NCBI RefSeq assembly: GCF_030013205.1 | Contig: NZ_CP122648.1 | Length of the DNA stretch: 64,000 nt | Reading direction: 5' to 3' (one strand) | DNA from: Escherichia coli | GTDB lineage: Bacteria > Pseudomonadota > Gammaproteobacteria > Enterobacterales > Enterobacteriaceae | In this document: positions 40,260-51,877 of the stretch, in pieces | How positions within the stretch are numbered: the stretch's first letter is position 1 | How the letters are laid out: the number at the start of each line of letters is the position of its first letter | Translations under genes and position numbers: made by a program | Notes under the pieces: model-generated | Database searches by the model: none | What the model was told of the DNA's origin: nothing | Seen by the model: the letters and a program-made list of their open reading frames with translations, nothing else

Positions 40260-42167
40260 TCAGCCACCATTTTTTAACGCTTCAAGATACTCCCAGCGTT
40301 CAAAGGCTTGCTCCAGCTCCTGCTCTGCAGCAGCCATATCGGCGAGCACTTTTTGCGTCTGCTCATGCGGCTGACTGAAGAAGGAAGCATCCGCCACCTG
40401 CGTCTGTAGGGCTTCCAGCTTCGCCTCCAGATCTTCGAGCAATTGCGGTAGCTGCTCCAGTTCGCGCTGCAATTTATAGCTTAGTTTGCTACTGCTGCGT
40501 TTTACAGTTTCTGCTTTTGGCGCGGCGGCTTCTTCGATTTTTTTCACCGCAGGCTGTTTGAGCGCCACATACTGTTCTTGCTGACCACGGGCATCATGAT
40601 AACCGCCGACATAACGACCAATTTTACCGCCGCCTTCGAAGATCCAGCATTCTGTAACGGTGTTATCGACAAACTGACGATCGTGGCTCACCAGCAATAC
40701 CGTGCCCTGGTAGCTGTCGATCAGTTCTTCCAGCAGTTCCAGCGTTTCAACATCAAGATCGTTGGTCGGTTCGTCAAGAATCAATAAGTTGCTTGGTTTG
40801 AGGAACAAACGCGCCAACAACAAGCGGTTACGCTCACCGCCAGAAAGCGCACGTACCGGCGTCATCGCCCGTTTCGGATGGAACAGGAAGTCCTGCAAAT
40901 AGCCCAAAACATGGCGTGGCTTGCCGTTAACCATCACCTCTTGCTTACCTTCAGCAAGGTTATCCATCACCGTTTTATCGGGATCCAGTTCCGCACGGTG
41001 CTGATCGAAATAAGCCACTTCCAGTTTGGTGCCAACGTGAATACGCCCGCTGTCCGCCTGAAGCTGACCGAGCATCAGTTTCAGCAGCGTGGTTTTGCCG
41101 CATCCATTCGGACCAATCAGGGCAATTTTGTCGCCACGTAGAACCTGGGCAGAAAAATCTTTCACCAGTTGCTTACCGTCGACCTGGTAGCAAACGTCTT
41201 CCATTTCGAAAACGATCTTACCGGAACGGCTGGCCTCTTCCACCTGCATCTTTGCGGTACCCATCACTTCGCGACGTTCGCCACGCTCGCGACGCATTGC
41301 TTTCAGGGCGCGTACGCGGCCTTCATTACGGGTACGGCGTGCTTTGATCCCCTGGCGGATCCACACCTCTTCCTGCGCCAGTTTGCGATCGAACTCGGCA
41401 TTTTGTAGTTCTTCCACGCGCAGGGCTTCTTCTTTTTCCAGCAGGTACTGGTCGTAATTCCCAGGATAGGTCACAAGCTTGCCGCGATCGAGATCAACAA
41501 TACGCGTCGCCATATTGCGGATAAACGAACGGTCGTGGGAGATGAAAATAATCGTCCCATTGAAGGTTTTAAGGAATCCTTCCAGCCAGTCGATGGTTTC
41601 GATATCCAGGTGGTTAGTCGGTTCGTCGAGCAGCAATACGCGCGGATTGCTCACCAGCGCGCGTCCTAATGCCGCTTTACGCAACCAGCCGCCGGAAAGC
41701 GACGACAGCGCAACGTTAGGATCTAACCCCAGTTGCGCCAGCACTTCGTTAATGCGGTTTTCCAGCTGCCACAGGTTGTGGTGATCCAACTGTTCCTGAA
41801 CCTTCGCCAGTTCGTTGAGATTTTTCTCGCTCGGGTCGTTCATCACCAGGCGCGAAATATCGTGATAGCGTTTCAGGTATTCCGCTTGTTCTTCAATGCC
41901 TTCGGCAACGAAATCATAAACACTCCCCTCAACGTTACGCGGCGGATCCTGTTGCAGACGAGCTACAATCAAATCTTGCTCGTAAATAATGCGACCGTCA
42001 TCCAGCCCTTGTTCACGGTTGAGGATTTTCATTAACGTCGATTTGCCTGCGCCGTTGCGGCCCACCAGACAAACACGTTCGTTATCTTCGATATGCAGTT
42101 CTGCGTTATCGAGAAGCGGCGCGTCGCTGAACGACAGCCATGCGCCATGCATACTGATTAATGACAT
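40260..42167 (-). CDS. uup: ABC-F ATPase Uup
   Basis: 635 aa, tandem ABC domains. Confidence 0.95.
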   Translation of the reverse strand: MSLISMHGAWLSFSDAPLLDNAELHIEDNERVCLVGRNGAGKSTLMKILNREQGLDDGRIIYEQDLIVARLQQDPPRNVEGSVYDFVAEGIEEQAEYLKRYHDISRLVMNDPSEKNLNELAKVQEQLDHHNLWQLENRINEVLAQLGLDPNVALSSLSGGWLRKAALGRALVSNPRVLLLDEPTNHLDIETIDWLEGFLKTFNGTIIFISHDRSFIRNMATRIVDLDRGKLVTYPGNYDQYLLEKEEALRVEELQNAEFDRKLAQEEVWIRQGIKARRTRNEGRVRALKAMRRERGERREVMGTAKMQVEEASRSGKIVFEMEDVCYQVDGKQLVKDFSAQVLRGDKIALIGPNGCGKTTLLKLMLGQLQADSGRIHVGTKLEVAYFDQHRAELDPDKTVMDNLAEGKQEVMVNGKPRHVLGYLQDFLFHPKRAMTPVRALSGGERNRLLLARLFLKPSNLLILDEPTNDLDVETLELLEELIDSYQGTVLLVSHDRQFVDNTVTECWIFEGGGKIGRYVGGYHDARGQQEQYVALKQPAVKKIEEAAAPKAETVKRSSSKLSYKLQRELEQLPQLLEDLEAKLEALQTQVADASFFSQPHEQTQKVLADMAAAEQELEQAFERWEYLEALKNGG

Positions 42168-42178
42168 TACTATTCCTT

Positions 42179-44287
42179 TCAGGCTGCGGTAATCAGCCAG
42201 CAGTTGTGGATCTGGCGGTTACGGGCGAAATCCTGGGAGAGCGTTTTTTGCGTAATTTCTTGTGCTTTCAGTCCCAGTTTTGCCAGGCCGTCGAGATCCA
42301 TACGGAAGCCACGTTTGTTGTTCGAGAACATGATCGTCCCACCTGCACGCAGCAGACGTTTCAAATCTTTCATCAGCGCCAGATGATCGCGCTGAACATC
42401 AAACGCATCTTCCATTCGTTTTGAGTTAGAGAAGGTTGGCGGATCGATAAAGATCAGATCGAACTGTTCATTTGCCTCACGCAGCCACGCCAGGCAATCG
42501 GCTTGAATCAGGCGATGCGCACGCCCGGTTAGGCCATTCAGACGCAGGTTGCGTTCTGCCCACTCCAGATAAGTACGTGACATATCCACGGTGGTGGTGC
42601 TGCGTGCACCGCCTAATCCCGCATGCACGGTGGCGCTGCCGGTATAAGAGAACAGGTTGAGGAAATCTTTGCCTTTGCTCATCTGACCGAGCATACGACG
42701 GGCGATACGGTGATCGAGGAACAGACCGGTATCGAGGTAATCCGTCAGGTTCACCCACAAGTGAGCGTTATATTCGGTGACTTCGAGAAACTCGCCCTTC
42801 TCGCCCAGTTTCTGGTACTGATTTTTGCCCTTCTGGCGTTCGCGGGTTTTCAGCACCAGTTTGTTTGGCGCAATCCCCAGTACCGAAATGGTTGCAGCGA
42901 TAATATCGAACAGACGCTGACGCGCTTTGTGCGCATCAATAGTTTTTGGCGGCGCATACTCCTGCACCACCACCCAGTCGGCATAACGGTCAACTGCAAC
43001 GTTGTATTCCGGTAGATCGGCGTCGTACAGGCGGTAGCATTCAATGCCTTCCTGACGCGCCCACTTCTCGAATTTTTTGAGGTTCTTACGCAGACGGTTG
43101 GCGTAGTCTTCTGCCACCATTGCCGGTTTGCTGTCTGGTGTGCTTTCGGCAACGTGGTAATTTTTCTGCACGCAGTCTAATGGACCGTTTTTCGCTTTGT
43201 ACTGTTTGTCTGCACGCAACTGCAGGCAACTTAACAGATCCGGCGAGGCACTAAACAAAGAGAGATTCCAGCCACCGAACTGGTTTTTCATGATTCGGCC
43301 CAGCAGGCTATGCAGCGCAATCAGCGCCGGTTCGCTGTCCAGACGTTCACCGTATGGCGGGTTGCTCAACACTGTACCGTACGGCCCTTTCGGCAGCGGA
43401 TTGGTCAGTTGCGCGACATCTTTCACCTCAAAGGTGATCAGTTCACCAATCCCCGCAAGACGGGCGTTAGTGCGCGCACGTTGAATCACCCGTGCGTCGC
43501 TGTCCGAACCGTAAAAATGAGAGCTATACTCAGCCAGGCCTTTACGGGCGCGAGTTTGCGCTTCCGCTTTCACTTCCTGCCAGATAGCTTCATCATGCTG
43601 CGCCCAGCCGCTAAAGCCCCAACGCCCACGGTGCAAGCCTGGTGCGCGATCGGTCGCCAGCATCGCCGCTTCAATCAGCAACGTACCGGAACCACACATC
43701 GGATCGAGCAGCGGCGTTCCTGGCTGCCAGCCGGATCGCATCACAATAGCGGCTGCCAGGGTTTCTTTGATCGGCGCAATACCAGCACGATCGCGATAGC
43801 CACGCAGATGTAAACCATCACCACTGAGATCAAGGGCGATACTGGCGGTTTCTTTATGCAGCCAGACGTTAACGCGGATATCCGGCGCATCGCGATCAAC
43901 ATTTGGACGCGGCAGATTTTTCCGCGTGAAAGCATCGACAATCGCGTCTTTCACTTTCATCGCACCGTACTGACTGTTGCGGATGGTGTCATTCAAACCA
44001 CTGAAGTGGACAGCGAAGGTCGCGCCAGGATTAAACATCTCTGTCCAGTTGATCGCCTGAACACCGAGATAGAGGTCTAAATCGCTGTAAACCTTACACT
44101 CGCCCAGCGGCAACATAATACGCGAGGCCAGGCGGCTCCACATCAGGCTCTGGTAAACAAGCCGTGTGTCGCCCTTGAAATGGACCCCACCCTGAACCAC
44201 CTGGCATTCAACGGCCCCCAGGTTTTCCAGTTCAGTTTTTAACAGCTCTTCCAGCCCACGGGCCGTACTGGCAAACAGAGAATTCAT
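42179..44287 (-). CDS. rlmL: 23S rRNA m2G2445/m7G2069 methyltransferase RlmKL
   Basis: 702 aa. Confidence 0.95.
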   Translation of the reverse strand: MNSLFASTARGLEELLKTELENLGAVECQVVQGGVHFKGDTRLVYQSLMWSRLASRIMLPLGECKVYSDLDLYLGVQAINWTEMFNPGATFAVHFSGLNDTIRNSQYGAMKVKDAIVDAFTRKNLPRPNVDRDAPDIRVNVWLHKETASIALDLSGDGLHLRGYRDRAGIAPIKETLAAAIVMRSGWQPGTPLLDPMCGSGTLLIEAAMLATDRAPGLHRGRWGFSGWAQHDEAIWQEVKAEAQTRARKGLAEYSSHFYGSDSDARVIQRARTNARLAGIGELITFEVKDVAQLTNPLPKGPYGTVLSNPPYGERLDSEPALIALHSLLGRIMKNQFGGWNLSLFSASPDLLSCLQLRADKQYKAKNGPLDCVQKNYHVAESTPDSKPAMVAEDYANRLRKNLKKFEKWARQEGIECYRLYDADLPEYNVAVDRYADWVVVQEYAPPKTIDAHKARQRLFDIIAATISVLGIAPNKLVLKTRERQKGKNQYQKLGEKGEFLEVTEYNAHLWVNLTDYLDTGLFLDHRIARRMLGQMSKGKDFLNLFSYTGSATVHAGLGGARSTTTVDMSRTYLEWAERNLRLNGLTGRAHRLIQADCLAWLREANEQFDLIFIDPPTFSNSKRMEDAFDVQRDHLALMKDLKRLLRAGGTIMFSNNKRGFRMDLDGLAKLGLKAQEITQKTLSQDFARNRQIHNCWLITAA

Positions 44288-44530
44288 ATCGTCACTTTTA
44301 CTCTAAGAGCCTACCGCAGTAGGCGTAATTGTTGCAGTCAGTCTGGACATGGACAGCGCGGAGAAACCGGAGCGTACACAAGTACGTGAGGATTTCGAGC
44401 ACTTCCCTGGGCCAAACTGACAAATAAAATAGCCTAATGGGACAGGCGCTAAGAAAATTGTTGCGCATTATAGCTAATAAGCGCGTCATGTCATAAAGTT
44501 GAGGGCTTATTTTCATTTGAGGACCGCATC

Positions 44531-45640
44531 GTGGCGACATTAACCCGGCTTTTTGTTCATCCTGTTAAATCGATGCGCGGCATTGGTCTTACACATGCCC
44601 TGGCAGATATCAGTGGCCTGGCCTTCGATCGCATCTTTATGATCACGGAACCTGACGGTACGTTTATTACCGCTCGCCAGTTTCCCCAGATGGTACGGTT
44701 TACTCCTTCACCTGTGCATGATGGCTTGCATCTCACCGCACCAGATGGCAGTAGCGCATATGTTCGTTTTGCTGATTTCGCCACACAAGACGCACCAACC
44801 GAAGTTTGGGGCACACATTTTACCGCGCGAATTGCACCAGACGCGATCAACAAATGGCTAAGTGGATTTTTCTCCCGCGAAGTGCAGTTGCGCTGGGTGG
44901 GGCCACAAATGACCCGGCGCGTGAAACGCCACAACACTGTACCTCTGTCATTTGCTGATGGCTATCCTTACCTTCTTGCTAACGAAGCCTCGTTACGTGA
45001 TCTCCAACAACGTTGTCCGGCCAGTGTAAAAATGGAGCAATTCCGCCCCAATCTGGTGGTTTCCGGCGCGTCAGCCTGGGAAGAAGATCGCTGGAAAGTG
45101 ATTCGCATTGGTGATGTGGTATTTGATGTGGTTAAACCTTGTAGCCGCTGTATTTTCACCACCGTCAGCCCAGAAAAAGGGCAAAAACATCCGGCAGGCG
45201 AGCCATTAAAAACATTGCAATCTTTCCGCACTGCCCAGGATAACGGCGATGTCGATTTTGGTCAGAATTTAATTGCCCGTAATAGCGGCGTGATTCGCGT
45301 TGGCGATGAGGTGGAAATTCTGGCAACGGCTCCGGCAAAAATTTACGGCGCAGCTGCCGCTGATGATACCGCCAACATCACGCAACAACCGGACGCAAAT
45401 GTAGATATTGACTGGCAGGGACAGGCATTTCGTGGAAATAACCAACAAGTGTTGCTGGAGCAATTAGAAAATCAGGGAATTCGTATCCCTTATTCTTGCC
45501 GCGCGGGCATTTGTGGAAGTTGCCGTGTTCAGCTTTTAGAAGGCGAAGTCACGCCGCTGAAAAAATCAGCAATGGGCGATGATGGCACCATTCTTTGCTG
45601 TAGCTGTGTACCGAAGACTGCGCTTAAGCTGACGCGTTAG
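44531..45640 (+). CDS. ycbX: MOSC/2Fe-2S protein YcbX
   Basis: 369 aa, GTG start, C-terminal ferredoxin cysteines. Confidence 0.9.
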   Translation: MATLTRLFVHPVKSMRGIGLTHALADISGLAFDRIFMITEPDGTFITARQFPQMVRFTPSPVHDGLHLTAPDGSSAYVRFADFATQDAPTEVWGTHFTARIAPDAINKWLSGFFSREVQLRWVGPQMTRRVKRHNTVPLSFADGYPYLLANEASLRDLQQRCPASVKMEQFRPNLVVSGASAWEEDRWKVIRIGDVVFDVVKPCSRCIFTTVSPEKGQKHPAGEPLKTLQSFRTAQDNGDVDFGQNLIARNSGVIRVGDEVEILATAPAKIYGAAAADDTANITQQPDANVDIDWQGQAFRGNNQQVLLEQLENQGIRIPYSCRAGICGSCRVQLLEGEVTPLKKSAMGDDGTILCCSCVPKTALKLTR

Positions 45641-46179
45641 ACTGCCTGTTCGAGGCTGAAGCTGTCAACATTAACCTGCGGTTTCAGCCTGTCGTTCATG
45701 ATTTTGATGGCGTCGCCCAGCTGCATCGCGCGACCCGCAATAACAACGCAGGGTTGTGCCAGCAGGCATAGTGCGGCATTTTCGCCAGATTCAACGACCA
45801 GCAAATTGACTTGCTCGTGAGTGTCGCTCAACCAAACGCAGGCCGCATCGCCCGGCATGGGCACCCACATTTCACCATGGGAAACAAAATGCCAGCTTTT
45901 CGGCATTTGCGGTTTGAGATAACGAATTGCTACCAGCGCATTAAGCACCAGTTCGGCTTTTTGTTCTTTAGATAAATTAAAATCGCGGCATTTTTCTTCA
46001 AATGAGAAATAGAGCGCGGCGTCGTCAACGCAAAAGCCTGCGGGAGAAAAGGCATCTGGAGTCAACATTTTGCGCGCAAAACGTGAGCGAAATAGCATAC
46101 CATTGGCTAAATCGAGCATCATTCGATCGTGCTCTTCATCGTAATACCAACGCCAGTTATCATCTGGTTTAATTCGCAT
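45637..46179 (-). CDS. zapC: Cell division protein ZapC
   Basis: 180 aa from ATG at 46179. Confidence 0.9.
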   Translation of the reverse strand: MRIKPDDNWRWYYDEEHDRMMLDLANGMLFRSRFARKMLTPDAFSPAGFCVDDAALYFSFEEKCRDFNLSKEQKAELVLNALVAIRYLKPQMPKSWHFVSHGEMWVPMPGDAACVWLSDTHEQVNLLVVESGENAALCLLAQPCVVIAGRAMQLGDAIKIMNDRLKPQVNVDSFSLEQAV

Positions 46180-46352
46180 TTGCCTCTCCCCTACCCTATA
46201 AAACCGCAGCAACACAATCCATTGTCGCTTCGCTTAATAACCTCAACAATAAAAGTACAAAATGTCTAAATAAGCAACAGCGATGAATATAAAACAACCA
46301 GGGCTTAAAATAAAGCCCTGATTATCTTATAAAGAGGAATTCGAAGAAATAA

Positions 46353-47363
46353 TTAGATATGGGTAACGATTTCTTTAATCAGCGGCGGACCTTTAAAAAT
46401 AAAACCAGAATAAATTTGCACCAGTGAGGCCCCCGCAGCAATCTTTTCACGCGCAGCGATAACCGAGTCGATGCCGCCAACACCGATGATCGGTAAGCGA
46501 CCATTTAATTCCTGTGATAAACGGCGAATAATTTCGGTGCTTTTTAACTGAAGCGGACGACCACTTAAGCCACCGGTTTGATCACAATTTTTCATTCCCT
46601 GAACCAGAGAACGATCGAGTGTGGTATTGGTTGCAATAACGCCATCAATATTATGGCGAACTAAACTATCGGCAACCTGGATCAATTCTTCTTCAGAAAG
46701 ATCCGGCGCGATCTTCACTGCGATCGGCACATATTTATGGTGCATCGCTTGCAAATCATTTTGCTTATTTTTAATCGCGGTTAAGAGATCATCCAGCGCT
46801 TCGCCATATTGCAGAGTACGTAATCCCGGTGTATTCGGCGATGAAATATTGATGGCGATATATCCCGCATAAGCATAGATTTTTTCCATACAAATCAGAT
46901 AGTCATCTTTACCCTGCTCCACCGGCGTATCTTTATTTTTGCCGATGTTAATACCCAGGACGCCATCATAATGGGCTTTTTTTACGTTCTCTACGAGGTT
47001 ATCAACGCCAAGATTATTAAAGCCCATACGGTTGATCAAACCTTCGGCATCTACCAGACGAAAGAGACGCGGCTTGTCATTACCTGGCTGTGGACGTGGC
47101 GTGACGGTACCGATCTCGATCGATCCAAATCCCATCGCGCCTAACGCGTCAATGCACTCCCCGTCTTTATCAAGACCGGCTGCCAGACCAAGCGGATTTT
47201 TAAACGTCAGGCCCATGCAGTTAACAGGTTTCGCAGGCACTTTCTGCCGCACCAGTGCTTCAAACGGCGTTCCTGTAATACGGCGTAATTGCTGAAAAGT
47301 AAACTCATGAGCGCGCTCTGGATCGAGCTGGAAAAGGGCTTTACGAACGAAGGGGTAGTACAT
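46353..47363 (-). CDS. pyrD: Dihydroorotate dehydrogenase (quinone)
   Basis: 336 aa. Confidence 0.95.
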   Translation of the reverse strand: MYYPFVRKALFQLDPERAHEFTFQQLRRITGTPFEALVRQKVPAKPVNCMGLTFKNPLGLAAGLDKDGECIDALGAMGFGSIEIGTVTPRPQPGNDKPRLFRLVDAEGLINRMGFNNLGVDNLVENVKKAHYDGVLGINIGKNKDTPVEQGKDDYLICMEKIYAYAGYIAINISSPNTPGLRTLQYGEALDDLLTAIKNKQNDLQAMHHKYVPIAVKIAPDLSEEELIQVADSLVRHNIDGVIATNTTLDRSLVQGMKNCDQTGGLSGRPLQLKSTEIIRRLSQELNGRLPIIGVGGIDSVIAAREKIAAGASLVQIYSGFIFKGPPLIKEIVTHI

Positions 47364-47599
47364 GAACTCTCCTGGATTCCCGGTGTGCAAACCGGGGGCG
47401 TATTATGTGCGAGTTCGGACCAAAAGGGAATTGACCTGTGGCAATAAATAGCAAACGTTTTCTTATTGCGCTTTTTTTATGCTTTTTTTGGCTTTTCTTC
47501 CTCAGATAAATCATTTCGACTCGCGGGCCACCTCTGTCAGACTGACCGAATTGTTATCAATGTTAACAAAACAAGAACAATTGGTTATAAGGAGAGAGT

Positions 47600-48175
47600 A
47601 TGCGTGTCATCACCCTGGCGGGTAGTCCTCGCTTTCCTTCTCGCTCCAGCTCCTTGCTGGAATATGCGCGGGAAAAACTGAATGGCCTGGATGTAGAGGT
47701 TTATCACTGGAATCTGCAAAACTTTGCCCCGGAAGATCTGCTTTATGCTCGTTTCGATAGTCCGGCACTCAAGACCTTCACCGAACAACTGCAACAGGCC
47801 GATGGACTGATAGTCGCTACACCTGTGTATAAAGCCGCCTATTCCGGCGCGCTGAAAACCCTGCTCGACCTGCTGCCAGAACGCGCTTTGCAAGGCAAAG
47901 TGGTGCTACCACTGGCGACGGGCGGCACGGTGGCTCATCTGCTGGCGGTCGATTACGCCCTTAAACCAGTTTTAAGTGCGCTGAAAGCCCAGGAGATCCT
48001 GCACGGCGTGTTTGCCGATGACTCGCAAGTAATTGATTACCACCACAAACCCCAGTTCACGCCAAATCTGCAAACCCGTCTTGATACCGCGCTGGAAACT
48101 TTCTGGCAGGCATTGCATCGTCGGGATGTTCAGGTTCCTGACCTTCTGTCTCTGCGAGGTAATGCCCATGCGTAA
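47600..48175 (+). CDS. ssuE: NADPH-dependent FMN reductase SsuE
   Basis: 191 aa. Confidence 0.95.
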   Translation: MRVITLAGSPRFPSRSSSLLEYAREKLNGLDVEVYHWNLQNFAPEDLLYARFDSPALKTFTEQLQQADGLIVATPVYKAAYSGALKTLLDLLPERALQGKVVLPLATGGTVAHLLAVDYALKPVLSALKAQEILHGVFADDSQVIDYHHKPQFTPNLQTRLDTALETFWQALHRRDVQVPDLLSLRGNAHA

Positions 48176-49127
48176 GATCATTAAACTGGCGCTGGCGGGC
48201 TTACTTAGCGTCTCTACACTTGCTGTTGCCGCGGAGTCTTCGCCAGAGGCGTTACGCATTGGCTATCAGAAAGGCAGTATTGGTATGGTGCTGGCAAAAA
48301 GCCACCAATTACTGGAAAAACGCTATCCGCAAACAAAAATCTCCTGGGTGGAGTTCCCGGCTGGCCCACAGATGCTGGAGGCGTTAAACGTTGGCAGTAT
48401 TGATCTCGGCAGTACCGGGGATATTCCGCCAATCTTTGCCCAGGCTGCCGGGGCTGATTTGGTATACGTGGGCGTCGAGCCGCCGAAGCCCAAAGCCGAA
48501 GTGATTCTGGTGGCAGATAACAGCCCGATCAAAACCGTAGCCGATCTTAAAGGTCACAAAGTTGCCTTTCAGAAAGGTTCCAGCTCGCACAATCTTTTAC
48601 TACGCGCACTACGCCAGGCCGGGCTTAAATTCACGGATATCCAGCCCACTTACCTGACACCTGCCGATGCCCGCGCCGCGTTCCAGCAAGGTAACGTCGA
48701 CGCCTGGGCTATCTGGGATCCCTACTACTCCGCTGCATTATTACAGGGCGGCGTGCGGGTGCTAAAAGACGGCACCGATCTCAATCAGACCGGATCGTTT
48801 TATCTGGCTGCCCGTCCGTATGCAGAAAAAAACGGTGCTTTTATTCAGGGCGTACTGGCAACCTTTAGTGAGGCCGATGCGTTAACCCGCAGCCAGCGCG
48901 AGCAAAGCATCGCTTTACTGGCAAAAACGATGGGCTTACCGGCCCCGGTGATTGCCTCTTATTTAGATCATCGCCCCCCTACCACCATCAAACCGGTTAA
49001 CGCCGAAGTTGCCGCCTTACAGCAGCAAACGGCAGATCTGTTTTATGAAAATCGTCTGGTGCCTAAAAAAGTCGATATTCGCCAGCGCATCTGGCGGCCA
49101 ACTCAACTGGAAGGAAAACAATTATGA
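48168..49127 (+). CDS. ssuA: Alkanesulfonate ABC transporter periplasmic binding protein
   Basis: 319 aa, signal peptide. Confidence 0.95.
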   Translation: MRKIIKLALAGLLSVSTLAVAAESSPEALRIGYQKGSIGMVLAKSHQLLEKRYPQTKISWVEFPAGPQMLEALNVGSIDLGSTGDIPPIFAQAAGADLVYVGVEPPKPKAEVILVADNSPIKTVADLKGHKVAFQKGSSSHNLLLRALRQAGLKFTDIQPTYLTPADARAAFQQGNVDAWAIWDPYYSAALLQGGVRVLKDGTDLNQTGSFYLAARPYAEKNGAFIQGVLATFSEADALTRSQREQSIALLAKTMGLPAPVIASYLDHRPPTTIKPVNAEVAALQQQTADLFYENRLVPKKVDIRQRIWRPTQLEGKQL

Positions 49128-50269
49128 GTCTGAATATGTTCTGGTTTTTACCGACCCATGGTGACGGGCACTATCTGGGAACGGAAGAAGGTTCACGTCC
49201 GGTTGATCACGGTTATCTGCAACAAATTGCGCAAGCGGCGGATCGTCTGGGTTATACCGGTGTGCTGATCCCAACAGGACGATCGTGTGAAGATGCGTGG
49301 CTGGTGGCGGCGTCGATGATCCCGGTGACGCAGCGGCTGAAGTTTCTTGTCGCCCTGCGTCCCAGCGTAACCTCACCTACCGTTGCCGCCCGCCAGGCCG
49401 CCACGCTTGACCGTCTCTCGAATGGTCGTGCGTTGTTTAATCTGGTCACAGGCAGCGATCCACAAGAGCTGGCAGGCGACGGCGTGTTCCTTGATCATAG
49501 CGAGCGCTACGAAGCCTCGGCGGAATTTACCCAGGTCTGGCGGCGCTTATTGCTGGGGGAAACCGTCAATTTCAACGGTAAACATATTCATGTGCGCGGA
49601 GCCAAACTGCTCTTCCCGCCGATTCAACAGCCGTATCCTCCGCTTTACTTTGGCGGATCGTCAGATGTCGCCCAGGAGCTTGCGGCAGAACAAGTTGATC
49701 TCTACCTCACCTGGGGCGAACCGCCGGAACTGGTTAAAGAGAAAATCGAACAAGTGCGGGCGAAAGCTGCCGCGCATGGACGCAAAATTCGTTTCGGTAT
49801 TCGTCTGCATGTGATTGTTCGTGAAACTAACGACGAAGCGTGGCAGGCCGCCGAGCGGTTAATCTCGCATCTTGATGATGAGACTATCGCCAAAGCACAA
49901 GCCGCATTCGCCCGGACGGATTCCGTAGGACAACAGCGAATGGCGGCGCTACATAACGGCAAGCGCGACAATCTGGAGATCAGCCCCAATTTATGGGCGG
50001 GCGTTGGCTTAGTGCGCGGCGGTGCCGGGACGGCGCTGGTAGGCGATGGTCCGACGGTCGCTGCGCGAATCAACGAATACGCCGCGCTTGGCATCGACAG
50101 CTTTGTGCTTTCGGGCTACCCGCATCTGGAAGAAGCGTATCGGGTTGGCGAGTTGCTGTTTCCGCATCTGGATGTCGCCATCCCGGAAATTCCGAAGCCA
50201 CAACCGCTGAATCCGCAAGGCGAAGCGGTGGCGAATGATTTTATCCCCCGTAAAGCCGCGCAAAGCTAA
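49124..50269 (+). CDS. ssuD: Alkanesulfonate monooxygenase
   Basis: 381 aa. Confidence 0.95.
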   Translation: MSLNMFWFLPTHGDGHYLGTEEGSRPVDHGYLQQIAQAADRLGYTGVLIPTGRSCEDAWLVAASMIPVTQRLKFLVALRPSVTSPTVAARQAATLDRLSNGRALFNLVTGSDPQELAGDGVFLDHSERYEASAEFTQVWRRLLLGETVNFNGKHIHVRGAKLLFPPIQQPYPPLYFGGSSDVAQELAAEQVDLYLTWGEPPELVKEKIEQVRAKAAAHGRKIRFGIRLHVIVRETNDEAWQAAERLISHLDDETIAKAQAAFARTDSVGQQRMAALHNGKRDNLEISPNLWAGVGLVRGGAGTALVGDGPTVAARINEYAALGIDSFVLSGYPHLEEAYRVGELLFPHLDVAIPEIPKPQPLNPQGEAVANDFIPRKAAQS

Positions 50270-50279
50270 GGAATAAATA

Positions 50280-51071
50280 ATGGCAACGCCAGTGAAGAAG
50301 TGGTTATTGCGCGTTGCCCCCTGGTTTTTACCGGTGGGCATCGTGGCGGTGTGGCAACTGGCCTCCTCAGTTGGCTGGCTGTCGACGCGTATTTTGCCCT
50401 CTCCGGACGGGGTGGTGATGGCGTTCTGGACGCTCTCCGCCAGCGGCGAATTGTGGCAGCATCTGGCGATCAGCTCCTGGCGGGCGTTGATTGGCTTTTC
50501 AATTGGCGGATCGCTGGGCTTGATTCTGGGACTGATTAGCGGGCTGTCGCGCTGGGGAGAACGGCTGCTGGATACCTCCATTCAAATGTTGCGCAACGTG
50601 CCGCATCTGGCGCTGATCCCGCTGGTGATTTTGTGGTTTGGCATTGATGAATCCGCAAAAATCTTTCTGGTCGCACTCGGTACGCTATTCCCCATTTATA
50701 TCAACACCTGGCATGGCATCCGTAATATCGATCGCGGGTTGGTGGAAATGGCGCGTAGCTATGGATTATCCGGCATACCGCTGTTTATCCATGTGATCCT
50801 GCCTGGCGCCCTGCCCTCAATTATGGTCGGCGTGCGTTTTGCGTTGGGCCTGATGTGGCTGACGTTGATTGTTGCCGAAACCATTTCTGCCAATTCCGGC
50901 ATTGGTTATCTGGCGATGAATGCGCGGGAGTTTTTGCAAACGGACGTGGTGGTAGTCGCCATTATTCTTTACGCCCTGCTCGGCAAACTTGCTGACGTCA
51001 GCGCGCAGCTGTTAGAGCGCCTCTGGTTGCGCTGGAACCCGGCTTATCATTTGAAGGAGGCCACGGTATGA
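50280..51071 (+). CDS. ssuC: Alkanesulfonate ABC transporter permease
   Basis: 263 aa. Confidence 0.95.
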   Translation: MATPVKKWLLRVAPWFLPVGIVAVWQLASSVGWLSTRILPSPDGVVMAFWTLSASGELWQHLAISSWRALIGFSIGGSLGLILGLISGLSRWGERLLDTSIQMLRNVPHLALIPLVILWFGIDESAKIFLVALGTLFPIYINTWHGIRNIDRGLVEMARSYGLSGIPLFIHVILPGALPSIMVGVRFALGLMWLTLIVAETISANSGIGYLAMNAREFLQTDVVVVAIILYALLGKLADVSAQLLERLWLRWNPAYHLKEATV

Positions 51072-51835
51072 ATACTGCTCGTCTGAACCAGGGCACACCA
51101 TTGTTGCTCAATGCAGTAAGCAAACATTACGCAGAAAATATCGTCCTGAACCAACTGGATTTACATATTCCGGCAGGTCAGTTTGTGGCGGTGGTGGGCC
51201 GCAGCGGTGGTGGCAAAAGTACCCTGCTGCGCCTGCTGGCAGGTCTGGAAACGCCAACCGCTGGCGATGTGTTAGCGGGCACCACACCGCTGGCTGAAAT
51301 TCAGGAAGACACGCGAATGATGTTTCAGGATGCGCGTCTGCTGCCGTGGAAATCGGTGATTGATAACGTTGGGTTAGGCCTTAAAGGCCAGTGGCGCGAT
51401 GCCGCGCGTCGGGCGTTGGCTGCAGTAGGACTGGAGAATCGCGCAGGGGAATGGCCTGCCGCACTTTCAGGCGGGCAGAAACAGCGAGTGGCGCTGGCAA
51501 GAGCGTTGATTCATCGACCGGGTTTATTGTTGCTTGATGAACCGCTCGGGGCGCTGGACGCCTTAACGCGACTCGAGATGCAGGATTTGATTGTGTCACT
51601 TTGGCAGGAGCACGGCTTTACCGTACTGTTGGTGACGCATGATGTGAGCGAAGCGGTAGCAATGGCGGACCGGGTGTTGTTAATTGAAGAGGGAAAAATT
51701 GGTCTGGATTTGACGGTGGATATCCTCCGTCCGCGCCGGTTAGGGTCGGTGCGATTAGCGGAGCTGGAATCGGAAGTGTTGCAAAGGGTGATGCAGCGTG
51801 GTGAATCTGAAATTCGCCTGAGAAAACAGGGGTAA
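51068..51835 (+). CDS. ssuB: Alkanesulfonate ABC transporter ATPase
   Basis: 255 aa, Walker [10 protein letters not shown]. Confidence 0.95.
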   Translation: MNTARLNQGTPLLLNAVSKHYAENIVLNQLDLHIPAGQFVAVVGRSGGGKSTLLRLLAGLETPTAGDVLAGTTPLAEIQEDTRMMFQDARLLPWKSVIDNVGLGLKGQWRDAARRALAAVGLENRAGEWPAALSGGQKQRVALARALIHRPGLLLLDEPLGALDALTRLEMQDLIVSLWQEHGFTVLLVTHDVSEAVAMADRVLLIEEGKIGLDLTVDILRPRRLGSVRLAELESEVLQRVMQRGESEIRLRKQG

Positions 51836-51877
51836 ATTCCCCGAATGGCGGCGCTATTGCCGCCATTCGGTTATTTA